A DNA stretch of 64,000 nt from the human T2T-CHM13v2.0 reference genome, Homo sapiens. Made by a program: the position numbers and the translations under genes. The stretch is from assembly GCF_009914755.1 (NCBI RefSeq), contig NC_060927.1; one strand, 5' to 3'. This document shows, piece after piece, positions 16,928-36,461 of the stretch; the stretch's first letter is position 1; each line of letters opens with the position of its first letter. The notes under the pieces were generated by a model. It did no database searches and was not told the DNA's origin. It worked only from the letters and a program-made list of their open reading frames with translations.

Positions 16928-18440
16928 TTTTTTTTTTACTTCTTTTAAAAAAATGTTTTATTTTAGATTCATGTGGTACCTGTGCAGGGTTGTAACATGG
17001 GTATGTGTGTGATACTGAAGTTTGGGCTTCTAATGATCCCATAGTCCAAGAAGTGAACATAATGCCTAATAGATAGGTTTTCAATCCTTGCCCCTGTGCC
17101 TCCCCTCTTTTGGGATTCCAAGAGTTTATTGTTCCTATGTTTGTGTCTGTGTGTACCCAATGTTTAGCTCCACTTATAAAGGAGAACATGCAGTATTTGG
17201 TTTTCTGTTTCTGCATTAATTCACTTCAGATAATGGCTTCCAGCTGCATTCATGTTGCTGAAAAGGAAATGATTACATCCTTTTTATGGGTGCATAGTAT
17301 TCTGCAGTGTATACATACCACATTTTCTTTATCCAATCCAACATTGATTGGCATCTGTGTTAATTCCATGTCTTTACTATTGTGAATAGTGCTGTGATAA
17401 ACATGTAAGTGCCGTTGTATTTTTGGTAGAATGATTTGCCTTCCTTTTAATATGTACCCAATACTGGGATTGCTGGGTCAAATGGTAACTGTATTTTTAG
17501 TAATTTGATAAATTTCCAGATTGCTTTGCACAGGTGCTGAACTAATTTGCATTCCCACCGACAGTGTATAAGTGTTCCATTTTCTCTGCAACCTTGCTAA
17601 CATCTGTTATGTTTTGACTTTTTACTAATAGCCATTCTGACTGGTGTGACATAGTACCTTATTGTGGTTTTGACTTGCATTTATCTGGTTATTTTTTCAT
17701 AAGTTTGTTGGCTGCTTGCATCTCTTCTTTTGAGAAGTGTCTATTCATGTCCTTTGCCCATTTTAAATGGGGTTATTTATTATTTGATTTAAGTTGCCTA
17801 TAGATTATGGATATTAGCCTTTGTTGGATGCATAGTTTGCAAAAATGTTCTCCCATTCTGTAGGTTGTTTACTTTCTTGATAGTTTCTTTTGATATGCAG
17901 AAGATCTTTAGTTTAATTAGGTCTCCATTGTCAATTTTTTTTTTGTATTTGCTTTTGAGGACTTAGTCATAAGTTACTTAACTAGGCCAGTGTTGAGAGG
18001 GGTATTTCCTAGGTTGTCTTCCAGGATTTTTACAGTTTGAGGTCTATACAGTTAAGTCTTTAATCCATCTTGAGTTAATTTTTGTGTATGGTGTGATGTA
18101 GAAGTCCAGTTTCATTCATCTGCATGGGGCAACCCAGCTTCTCCAGCACCACTTATTGAAAAGGGTATCCTTTCCCTATTGTTTATTTTTGTCACCTTTG
18201 TCAAAGATCAATTGTTTGCAGGTGTGTGGTTTTATTTTGGGGCTCTCTATTCTGTTCTGTTGTCCTATGTGTCTGTTTTTGCACCAGTATCATACTGTTT
18301 TGGTTACACTAGCCTTATTGTATAGCTTGAAGTCAGGTAATGTGATACTTCTGACTTTAATTTTGCTTAGGATTGCCTTAGCTATTGGGGGTCTTTTTGG
18401 CTCTACATGAATTCTGTAGGAATTTCAGAATAGTTTTTTC
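16928..18440 (-). mobile_element. L1PA15/16-L1PB-like 5'-truncated insertion (~1.5 kb)
   Basis: T-tail, 'ttttattttagattc...', then reverse ORF2 C-terminus up to 'gaatagttttttc'. Confidence 0.88.
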
Positions 18441-19579
18441 ATCACAACCACAAAAAGTTGCTATTCTGATGAAATCCTTAGACTACAAATGAAAGTGATT
18501 TTTTGGAAAAGTTACACTGATAAAATTGTTACTTTATGACTGCATATTTTGTATACTTTGGACAGAGGACTCAACTTGTTAAGCAATTTTTTTTAAGTTC
18601 CTCTAGTATTCAACCTTCTTTAAATGACTTTATGGAAATAAGCAAAACCAAAATGTATTTCTCAATACTGTTTAATATTGTTTGTGGGCTGGTTGAGGCT
18701 CTGTTTCCCATTATATGTAATTTTAGGGCCTAAGGTGAAGAAGCAGATAATATTGAGGATATTCTACACTCACAGCACACACAAAAAATAAAACATTATT
18801 GGACTGAAGAAATAGTTTAAAAGTTAACTTCAAATGTGTCATAATTCATTTCTACTTCCATTTCATTGGTCAAATCAATTTTCATAAAATACCACGTTAC
18901 ATGCAGCAATAAAGTATATTTATGCTTGAACAGAGATTGTCTATAAATAATTTAAAACAATAATAGAATCTATCAAATGTCCCCCAATATGCAAATATTC
19001 ACATTTACTTGCCAAATACACTTACTCCCTAGCACGTATACCACTGTAAGAATCAAAGACTGCAAATAATTCTTTTTGAAAATAAGTAAAGTAAGAATGC
19101 ACAATATTGACTCATCCATAGTAATTTTAAAATTCTTCTAAGGCCCTTGTTGACATTGAAAAGTTTCCTGCTTCGAAGATTAAGATGGCCTTGAGGAGGC
19201 CATCTTCTGCTCCCTGAGAGCAGCTCCCCAATCTTCTTTCTTCCATGGCTCTCATGCTGCCATCTTGGTGGTGCATCTTTTATCATTAATTTCGGTGGCC
19301 TTATCTGAAAATGTCATTGGAAGAGAGAAAGATTTCTCATTTTGCTTCATGCTCATGGTGGATGGGTGTCCATATTTCATTTTAAGCCTTAAAGAATCAC
19401 AGTATTTTTATTAAATTTAGTAAGACTTCTGGTGGTGCAGTGCTGAAATATATCTGATTTTAAATATTTCAGTCAAGCAATCTTTATGTGCTAATAGTTA
19501 TACCAACAATTATTTTTGAGTTGTGCCTTCTCTCCCCATATATATATAAAAAAACTTGTTTTTTAAGAATAGTATAGAG

Positions 19580-20584
19580 ATTTTAAATTCAACAACTACC
19601 ATGTATTCTACACCCAGAACAAAAATAGAACACTAACAGACCTCCAGATTCTCCCATTATACTCCATTCTAGTTGTAAATTTCAAAGTATAGCCAATATT
19701 CAATTTCAATATTCATCACTATGTTTATGTGAGACATCCATATTGTGTGTAATTGTAGTTTATTAATATTCACTGCTATTGTTGCAGGAATCGGGAGACT
19801 GGAGAGACTAATAGGTGGAACCAAAGGATTTCATTGAATGCACTCAGGCCCAGCAGATTAACATCCAAAGGCTGGGCCCTGAACAAAGACAGGGCTCGAC
19901 TTTTATACACACTTCTGAAAGACAGTTGGCTAGTTTGAAACAAGCTTACAGTGGCATGAAGCATAGTTGTGTGAAAGCAAGTGTACAGAAGCAGAACTAA
20001 GGCGGTTAATCAAATTGTGACAGGTTTATAACTCAGGCTTTCATATGACTCTTGCTATGCGGCCCAGATGGCTGTTATCTTAGCTTCATTAGGAGCCTTT
20101 CACAAGCTTATCTTATATCCTTCGCTATGGTGCCCAGATGGCTGCAATCTAGGCCTGCTCAGGCATGTCTCATGACCTTCACTGTGCTACTCACATAAAA
20201 AACAGAAACTTACAATCACTAGTTATAGAAAATAGGAATCTATACACTCACAAAACTTGCAGAGGAGGGTGCAACCACACAAAGTGGGGAGGGATTCCAG
20301 AGGGAAGTTTACTCATACCAAAGGAGAAAGGAAAATGTGATTTCCTTTTTCACATTTCCTGCTTCACTATACAGTATGCATTTGTAAATATGCAAAAATT
20401 TATTTATTCATTACACCATAGATAGGTATTTAAGTAGTTTCCAGTTTTGGTCTAATATATAAAACATGCTATCAGCATGACTGTGAATGTACCTTGGTGA
20501 GCATGTGTGATGTACATGCATTTCTATAGAAGTGAATGACTGGGTCATATATTATACACATGTTTAGCTTTAATAGATACTAAC
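19580..20584 (-). mobile_element. Ancient L1M (L1ME-like) 3' region, interrupted; continues at 26865-26950 and probably 29405-29765
   Basis: 'tgtagtttattaatattcactgctat|acagtatgcatt...ttccagttttgg...ctgggtcatat...tgtttagctttaatagatac' reads continuously across the inserted LTRs. Confidence 0.65.
19780..20366 (-). mobile_element. ERV1 solo LTR, tentatively LTR6-like
   Basis: tg...ca termini, 587 bp, 4-bp TSD ctat (19776-19779, 20367-20370); internal duplicated 'gctatg...cccagatggctg' motif. Confidence 0.75.
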
Positions 20585-26859
<6,275 letters not shown>

Positions 26860-27009
26860 CTAACAAATTGTTTGTTAAAGTTATAAAAATGACACTTTCA
26901 CCAATGAATATGAAACTTCCATTTGTTACAAATCAATTCCACAATTTGTTTTTATATCTGTGTGTGCGTGTGTGTGTGTGCACGTGTCCACAGTGTGTTT
27001 TTAATGCCA

Positions 27010-28095
27010 CACATTAGGTTCCCTGGAAAATGGACTCTAGGATGTAGATTTGTAGTCAGGCACACATAAAATCTTACCTCCTTTATCTCTAAAGTAGGTT
27101 AGATAGGAGAGGTTTGGGAATAAAGGGAAGTTGAACAGATTTTCAAGTACCATAAAGGCCTCAGCCAATATTACAAGGTTACTCTGCAGCTGGGAAGGCA
27201 CTTCATAATACTACCAGTCTGGGATGAGGGTGCTGGACCTTTGTAACCTGGAGACTTTGGACAAAGTGTATCTCTTCAGCAAAAAGGAAGCCCCAGATAT
27301 GGATTCATCTATGAGATCTTCATCAAGCACAGTGTAGGAGAAGCATCGCGATGGCACATCATAACAATCATATTCCACATCTTTATTCCTAAAATTGTTT
27401 CTCAATTCAAGTGATTTCATAGAAAAAGTTCTAGGATTATCCTCCAAGATTCTATTTGCCACTTTTCTTAGAAAAACCTTGCAAAAGAAATGTAAAATGA
27501 ACTAAAGTTTATGCCATTCCAACTGCGTTCAAGGCTATAAATGATACTCCTAGTCTACCTCCTCTCTCACTCATTCTAGATTACATTGACTTCTGGTGGC
27601 AGTCCCGAGTATCTATGTTGTTATCTGTAGGTTGATGAAGATTCTCATTTCTTAGGTATCTAATCCCAAATCATCATGCTTTTCTTGGATCATAGCTACT
27701 GCACTTTTTCATTTACCTTGACAATTTGTCAAAGGTTTATTGAAAGATTTCTAAGTTATTATCTTGGTACCATACTCTACCCCTTCCCATTGAGTAACAT
27801 CAGCCTGACTTCACTCTAATGACTGGAGTCAATTTTCCAAGCTAGGATTGAGACTCTACTCTTTCCCTGTCCTGGTCCCTTGGCATCTAGTTGCTGATTT
27901 GACTGGGTGGCATTATAACTTGAAATTTAAACAGAACTTTGTTATGCATTATAATTGAAACATTATCCCTCTAAGAGTCTAGACTTCCAAACTCCAGAGT
28001 CTAAAGTTGTAGATCCAGTATTCAGTCTCATGAATATGGCCATAGCTCCTACATATATTTCTAAGGTAGGTCCTGTAGAAGTATTATCTTCTTTT
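27010..28095 (-). mobile_element. Old ERVL-class LTR (LTR16-like) with possible adjoining internal remnant
   Basis: 'ggttccctggaaaatggactct...gggaagttgaac...aaaggcctcagcc...ctctgcagctggga' resembles the recalled LTR16 family; the downstream part is only weakly recognisable. Confidence 0.4.
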
Positions 28096-28105
28096 TCACA
28101 TTTAC

Positions 28106-29190
28106 TATAAATATACGTATATTTATAACATATAAATATACGTATATTTATAACATCATATAAATATACGTATATTTATAACATCATATAAATATACGTA
28201 TATTTATAACATCATATAAATATACGTATATTTATAACATCATATAAATATACGTATATTTATAACATCATATAAATATACGTATATTTAAATATACGTA
28301 TATTTATAACATATAAATATACGTATATTTATAACATCATATAAATATACGTATATTTATAACATCATATAAATATACGTATATTTATAACATCATATAA
28401 ATATACGTATATTTATAACATCATATAAATATACGTATATTTATAACATATAAATATACGTATATTTATAACATATAAATATACGTATATTTATATCATA
28501 TAAATATACGTATATTTATATCATATAAATATACGTATATTTATAACATATAAATATACGTATATTTATATCATATAAATATACGTATATTTATATCATA
28601 TAAATATACGTATATTTATAACATATAAATATACGTATATTTATAACATATAAATATACGTATATTTATAACATATAAATATACGTATATTTATAACATA
28701 TAAATATACGTATATTTATAACATATAAATATATATATTTATAACATATAAATATACATATATTTATAACATATAAATATACATATATTTATAACATATA
28801 AATATATATATTTACAACATATAAATATATATATTTACAACATATAAATATATATATATTTACAACATATAAATATATATATATTTACAACATATAAATA
28901 TATATATATTTACAACATATAAATATATATATATTTATAACATATAAATATATATTTATAACATATAAATATATATATATTTATAACGTATAAATATATA
29001 TATATTTATAACGTATAAATATATATATTTATAACGTATAAATATATATATATTTATAACGTATAAATATATATATATTTATATATATATTAATATATAT
29101 AAATATATATATAAATATATATATATTATATATATATATATTATATAATATATATAATATATATATATTTATAACGTATAAATATATAAC
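28106..29190. repeat. AT-rich minisatellite, 25/28-bp units with palindromic core tataaatatacgtatatttata; AT low-complexity continues to ~29400
   Basis: Directly visible tandem units ataaatatacgtatatttataacat(cat). Confidence 0.97.
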
Positions 29191-30544
29191 TATACCATAT
29201 TTATACTATATTATTATATATTATTATTTATAGTATATTATTTATAGTATATTTATTATTTATAGTATAAATATATATTTTATACTATATGTTTATATTA
29301 AGTATAAATATAATATACAAAATATATATTAAATATAATATATATTTTATAAAATACATTTATTTTTATACTGTTATATATTTATATATAAATACATATA
29401 TTTATGGGCTATGATTTTGTCAGATACATGTATTCTTGAAATATTTTATTCTATGTGATGAAGCACTCTCTCATTCTGTCATTAATGCTGCCTTGTGATG
29501 AACAGAAGTTTCTCACAGGGTTGTCCAGCATATAAATTTTTAAATTTTTAGTGAGATATATTTGCATTTTGTTTAAAAATGCATTTGCCTACTCTATGGT
29601 GAGTAAGATGTTCCATATATTTTCCTCTGTAGAATGCTCTATTTTAACACATATTTATGTCTGCTATCTACTTGGAATTGATTTTTCTGTACAGCATGAA
29701 GTATGAGAAAATATTTTTTCCATAAGGATATCTTATTAACTCAGTGCCACTCACTGAAAAGATGAATGGGCATTTTAAAAGGATATGTTTGTTTCTCTCA
29801 GTATTCTAGAATAGAAGGAAATGGATAATGAATGAACTTCTTCTCAATGTAAAATGTAAATGACTATAGTAAAATTAAATAAGACTGAATACCAAATCTA
29901 ATAGCTAAGATACAGAACACAGAATGGAGCCTTTATAGTTGTATTAGCCAATCTCCCCCGACAAAATAAGGAAATATACATATATTTAAGAGCAACTTTA
30001 ATAAATTAGCTTCTTTGCCTGGTGAGCTTTAGTATTAAAAGTGTTCTTGTTTCAAAATTCATTTTCAGTATTATGTATTCATGTCTAGCTAGGACAATAT
30101 TTAAGCATTTAAGGAAAATCGCAAAGTTTATTGTGTGATACATAAAATCATTCTCAGGATATCAGCTTAGATAAAATTTCTTCAGTTCTTCAGGTGACTC
30201 TGAACTCCCTACTTCTTTAAATATATCATGATGTGCTTAAATCAACTGAAATGTTGTGTGCAATGATAAACCATGAACATAATGGATATATAGGATATAA
30301 TTTCTTGCCCAGATCTTCTTTCTATACAAAAAATGAGGACTATATATGTACATTATTACATAACAGAACAAGAATATGTATGAGGAGTTGCTGAGCTTCT
30401 ACTTTAACTTAAAGGATTACTGGATCAGATTCTTGTTTTAAATGTTACCTTATCACTGAGATTTACACTGCCCAGTCACTGAAAACAGAAACAACATTTT
30501 TAAGCTGCTTGTATTTCCATAGAACTTCTCAACTTAGATTTCCC

Positions 30545-30672
30545 TATTTATTATATTTAATATCTGTTTACCTCACCAGAATATGATCTCCTTGAAGCAG
30601 AGATTGTTACTTGTTTGGCTCACAGCTATTCCTAAATCACAGAATAGGTCTCCATGTTTTTGAATGTATAAA
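30545..30672 (+). mobile_element. L2 3'-end fragment
   Basis: 'ccagaatatgatctccttgaagcagagattgt...cacagctattcc...tgtttttgaatg'. Confidence 0.5.
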
Positions 30673-30844
30673 TTGTAGAGGAGAATAGAGATTGCAGAAG
30701 AGAAAAAAATGATAAATATACCCTATCCATGTTCTTTGGGGACTTTGATTTATTTTATTATTAGGACTGCAGTTACAAAATAATTTCTCTATTGTTTATT
30801 TGTGATTATTCCAGCCTCAAATACATTAGAAAATAATAGGAAAT

Positions 30845-31395
30845 TTTCTTAATCCAGTCTATCATTGTTGGACATTCAGGTTGGTTCCAAGTCTTTGCTA
30901 TTGTGAATAGTGCCGCAATAAACATACGTGTGCATGTGTCTTTATAGCAGCATGATTTATAATCCTTTGGGTATATACCCAGTAATGGGATGGCTGGGTC
31001 AAATGCATACACCATGGAATACTATGCAGCCATAAAAAATGATGAGTTCATGTCCTTTGTAGGGACATGGATGAAGTGGGAAACCATCATTCTCAGCAAA
31101 CTATTGCAAGGACAAAAAACCAAACACCGCATGTTCTCACTCATAGGTGGGAATTGAACAATAAGAACACATGGACACAGGAAGGAGAACATCACACACC
31201 AGGGACTGTTGTGGGGTGGGGGAAGGAGGTAGGGATAGCATTAGGAGATATACCTAATGCTAAATGACCAGTTAATGGGTGCAGCACACCAACATGGCAC
31301 ATGTATACGTATGTAACAAACCTGCATGTTGTGCACATGTACCCTAAAACTTAAAGTACAAAAATAATAAAATTTAAAAAAAAGAATAAAAAAAA
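30845..31395 (+). mobile_element. L1PA3/4-like short insertion with 5' inversion (minus 30845-31005, plus 31006-31395)
   Basis: 17-bp TSD agaaaataa(t/c)aggaaat at 30828-30844 and 31396-31412; ~9 nt of L1 (gtggcacat) missing at the breakpoint. Confidence 0.95.
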
Positions 31396-31642
31396 AGAAA
31401 ATAACAGGAAATATAAGAAGTTGTTTAAGACGTCATTAATTGTTGCCTATCTCTGATTATCTGCTGCATTGACTTATTAAGATTATATTTAGAAATGTCA
31501 CTCAATGTCAAAGCCAGGGATCAGAGATATCTCAATGTGAAAGGTTTTATTAGAAAATAATTTATAGTGAAGTTTTAGTTGAGGGGCTTCTAATTATTAT
31601 GAAAGTTGATCTATGTCTTTGGATTATTCTGCTTTGTAAAAT

Positions 31643-32347
31643 TGTTGGGGCTCAGAAAACATGCTCCAAAAGGTGGTATTTTGACATGTTGAACTGAAGA
31701 AATGATCTCAAGGTCTCTCTCTGACTTTCCCTTGCCTCCCTCTCTCTCTGATCCTCTTTCTTTTCCAAAGCACCAAGATGAGCTCTCTCTGGAAGTTTCA
31801 TTACCTGACTGAGAAAATGCGATTTTCTTAAATCCCGATCCCTAGGAATCTCATTCAACAACCAGGAAACATTATCATCTGAGAAAAGAAGAGACAAGGA
31901 GTCTTCACCATGCCTTTACAGACTTTTCATCTGTCCTTATAAAGACAGCTCTGAGAAGTCATTGGGGGATCCGGATCTGCATAAGACAAACTTTATTCAC
32001 AATACAGTTCCACATTTCCCCCACCTTTTCATAATTTGTCCACAAACTATTGTTAGTCCTTCACTCCTATTCAGTGTCCAAGAGAATCATTTACAAACCA
32101 TCTTCTGGACTCTGGGCCCAATCATTACTCACCACTTCCTTCTTCCAAGTGGAGACGGTATTTAAGTATCAAACATCTGGCCCTCTTTTTGGAGTTTTTA
32201 ATATTTTGTATTACTCTCATGCATATGTGTGCATGCAATAAATATGTTATAGTTTTCTCTTGCTAACTTTTTGTTGTTGTTATAGTGGTGTAAGCCATAA
32301 CCCTTTATAATGGGGAGGAAAGGGATCACTTCTTTTCCACCTCTACA
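31643..32347 (+). mobile_element. MER39-like ERV1 solo LTR
   Basis: Starts tgttggggctcagaaaac, has aataaa near 32237, ends ...ctctaca; ~705 bp. Confidence 0.8.
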
Positions 32348-34904
32348 AATTCTTGTTCAAAACACATGTTCCCGTGAATTTAATATGAAGATGTAAGTCA
32401 TGCTTAATCCATAATCTTACACTTATCTGAAGAATTCTCTTTAGAAAAAAAATATAGTCTATATTCAGAAAAAAATAAGTTCAATAACTGATCATGTAGC
32501 TATATTTAAATCATCTCTGCCACAAATTATTAGAGACACTATTTTGCATACATAAACTATGCTATTCAGACATCTCCAGAGACTCCAGACTGTGAAAATA
32601 ACTCCTTCTCTTAAGACTTAATACAAATTATTTGATTATTCATCCCTCAAAAGAATGGAAACCCAGCTTTGCCCCTAAACTCTAGGTATATTACAGAGTT
32701 AATTATAGTTCTTGTTATCTCTTGTTTTGATGTTATCTTCTTTCTAAATTCTTCACATCACCTGCCTTGTCTACCGGGGTTGGTACAGATAATTTTACAT
32801 TTACATGTTATTCAACAAATATGGAACAGAATAGTGAAACACTTCTACAGAGTTTTACAAAACACTGTCAGTGTCAGGAAGGTATTTTTTTGCAGCAGGA
32901 TATTAATGGAAGATTTTTGTTAATAGAGAAATTATATGGAACAACAGAGCAGTAAGTACACCATGCATCTGTTTTCTTAAAGTGTTTTGCTACTCCTGAG
33001 TTTCCACATCCAAAGTTTTTTATGAATTAACTTGATCTTCAGACAAATTGTCTGCCTCATTGTTATTTAGGACTTCTCAGATCTCTTTCCTTTTTCCTCT
33101 TTTTTTTTTTTTTTTTTCTTCCAGGAGGATACAGAACTTCACCCTTTCTCTCTCTGGCTTCATTCCCAAAATTCAGAATTGTATTCATTTTATGGGAACC
33201 ACTGGCTCACTAACCTGCACCAACCTCAAGATCTCTATTTCTTTATCCAAAAATAAATTAAGGTATTGTGATAACAAAAAGGCCAACTAGGTCAGGCCTC
33301 AAAGCATTTAGTTGTTCAAAAGAACTAGCAGAGCTTTTAACATTTCGTTCTTTCCTTGACAAGAGCCAATGTTAAATATGGGTTTTCTTTCCCTTTATCT
33401 CTATAAAATGTATTCTTTATTTTAGAAGAACTTCCATTCAGTCACCCACCTATTCAAAATAATCAGCTATAATTATTTTTGTCTTAAATAGCATTCTACT
33501 TATTTTCAGCTACACTTACACAACGCATAGTGTCATCACTGCACGGCATCAACTTCAAGAAATGCTTGAATAAAATCTCAGGAGGAAACAAACAGTTTCT
33601 GGAGAATGTCTACATCAATAATAGAAAAAAATCTGAAACAAAATTAAGTACAATTAAATAATTTAAAAGTCATTTTTGATCAATACTGAAAAGAAATGAA
33701 ACATAGAAATACAAGAAAAACAACCATGTGTGAATCCCAGAATATTATTTAGACTAAAGTATGGTTCACATATATTTATATATATAATGGTCTACTATGA
33801 GATCAATGAGGTGCTCACAATTTCTCAGAAATGTTTTCAGTTGTCCATTCCATGTTTCTTCAAACACAGTGTCAGAATTGTTAAATGTATACCTTTCATA
33901 CTTGGTCTCATTTTAAATCAGTAAAAGTATTGTCTAGATCTTCAAGGTTTGATTCCATATGTATTTTGCTGTGAAAATTGCTCCATTCATTTAGATAATG
34001 TGACATCAAATTATAAGCTCTAAGCAGCTGTCACTCTTTGCCAGACACTCGGAAATCCTGATGAGAACTGGCATGCCATTTATCTCACAATTCAGTGTCA
34101 ACAGTAATAAAATCTATGGGCTTAATACATTAACAGTTTCAAGGAGTATCTGAGTTAAAATGAAAACTTAAAAGTATTTTAGTGCATCAAAATAACTGTG
34201 TACAGCTGATACTGGTATTGGTGATATATTAGTTTGCAACTGAGAAAATGTAAAGCACTTTGTGAAAATAAATATTGTATTAAAAAAGGGATATTTTTTC
34301 AAATGACTCAAATGTATAATAAATAAAAATTACACATTATATTTATGAAAACAACTAAGCCTTTAAGCTAACTTCTTTTATTTGCTTAATGCCTTAAAAT
34401 ACACAGATTATTCATGTATACGTTTCACTTGATGATCCACAGGTCTCTTGGAAATCACAGGCATATCCTCACTTTACCAATTGAGATATTGGGTCTTGGG
34501 GCATGAAATAACTTCTTCAGATTCTCCTAGTTGGCATGTGTCAATCCTTAAAATAAAATATAGAAAATATTTCTTTTTTGTCCAATTTTCTAGATTTGTA
34601 TTTTACTATGTCTCTTGCTTCTTCCTTTTAATTCGTACTATTTTAGAAGTCTTTCATACAGATTCAGAATTGCAACTTAATTTTCATTTTAACACATAAT
34701 AAAGAACTATAAAGTAAACAAAAATCATAAATTTCCATGTCATGGTTTCTTTTTTTAAATTGTAAACTTTTTCCAATTTAAAACAAATTGTAGTTTATTT
34801 AACATTATGTCAAATAAAATATGAAACAGATGGCAAAAGATTAACAGATTTATTTTATAACAAAATTAAATGTACCATTCTCATTATCATATTGTGTTTT
34901 CAAA

Positions 34905-35395
34905 TTTCCATTTTTATTTTAGATTCAGGGGGTACACGTGCAGGTTTCTTACATGGATATATTGCTTGATGCTGAAGTTTGGGGTGTGGATGATTCTGTC
35001 ACCCAGATAGTAAACATAATACTCAATAGGAAGATTTTCAGCCCTTGTTCCCCTCTCTTCTTCCCTCCTTTTGGAGTCACCAGTGTCTATGGTTCTCATC
35101 TTTATGAGCATGTGTACCAAATATTTAGTTGCTATTTATAAATAAAAATATGTGATATTTGGTTTTCTATTTTTGCATTAATTTGCTTAGGATGATGGCC
35201 TCCAGTTGCATCCATGTTGCTGCAAAAGACATTATTTTATTCTTTTTTTGGTTGTGTAGTAATCCATGGTGTATATGTACCACATTTTCTTTATTGAATC
35301 CACCACTGATGCACACCTAGGTTGATTCTATATCTTGCCATTGTGAATGGTGCTGCAATGAACATGGGAGTGAGCATGTGTCTTTTTGGTAGAAT
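34905..35395 (-). mobile_element. L1PA15/16-L1PB-like 3' end
   Basis: 'ttttattttagattcagggggtacacgtgcaggtt...' through 'tgtctttttggtagaat'. Confidence 0.88.
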
Positions 35396-35676
35396 GTTAA
35401 TATAATCACTTCTAATAGTGACCTGGAATTTTCTTTTATTGCACTTATTACAACTTGTATTTATTAATTACTATTTCTTAGAGACAAACTTCATAGTTTA
35501 AAGAAACAGTTTTCACCACTGAATCAACAACCTGTAGCAAAAAGTCTAGACCACGGCAATAATGTCCTAAAGAATACATTTCCCAATTAAATGAATACCC
35601 TCAAGTCAAAAAAAAAATCAGAGACCAATCAAAAATTAATGGAAATTTTTATTTTTATTTTTTTGTTAACCAATCC

Positions 35677-36125
35677 TTAGGGTTCTTCAGACAAACGAAA
35701 CCAATAGGAAATATATGGATATATAAGAAGAGGTTTATTATGGAAATTGCCTCATGCATTTATGGAGACTTAGAATTCCCACAGTAGGCCATCTGCATGC
35801 TGGACAACCAGGAAAACCAGTGGTGTAATTTTAGTGTGAGTCTGAAGTCCTGAGAACTAGGAGCTCTGATGTCTGAATGAAGGAGGACATGAATGTTCTA
35901 GCTCAAGAAGAGAAACAATTTGTCATTCCTCCACCTTTTTATTCTATCTGAGCCCTCAAAGGGTCAGATGATACCAGCCTACATTGGGTAGGGTGGGTCT
36001 CAGTCTACTGATTCAAATACTAATTTCTTCCAGAATCACCCTCATAGGCACACCCAGAAATAATATTTTGCCAGCTAACTGGGTATCCCTTTGCCCAGTC
36101 AAGTTAACACATACAATTAACTGAA
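35677..36125 (-). mobile_element. MLT2B-like ERVL LTR
   Basis: 'ttagggttcttcagacaaacgaaaccaatagg...gccatctgcatgctgg...cccagtcaagttaacacatacaattaac'. Confidence 0.8.
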
Positions 36126-36415
36126 GTCCTTTATACACCTAGATGAATACAAGAAAAAGAGACATAATATTAAAAAGTAGAAATATTACACAGAAATCAA
36201 ATTCATAGATGAAATAAATTTTCTACGTAATATTCTATTTCTAGAATGACATGCTTTGACATTTCATTAAGAATTTTTAGATGTTTCAAATGGAACAGAC
36301 TACATATTTCAGATCAATTGACCTTGAGGATACAATTCAGAAACAAGTTTTACTCAACAGTTTCCATGAGGAGATGTAACTGCCAGATTGGATTAAAGGC
36401 CAAGGTTTTGTTGGG

Positions 36416-36416
<1 letters not shown>

Positions 36417-36458
<42 letters not shown>
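36417..36458. repeat. (TG)21 microsatellite
   Basis: Uninterrupted tg run. Confidence 0.95.

Positions 36459-36461
<3 letters not shown>

Noticed and set aside
18690-18960. Possible MLT1-type relic (likewise an LTR-like piece at 39060-39780 and L1M-like bits at 37740-37980)
   Set aside because: Too diverged to assign a family or boundaries by eye.
28106-28730. CRISPR-like array of palindromic repeats
   Set aside because: Spacers are 3-6 nt and non-unique, there are no cas genes, and the DNA is human; it is a minisatellite.
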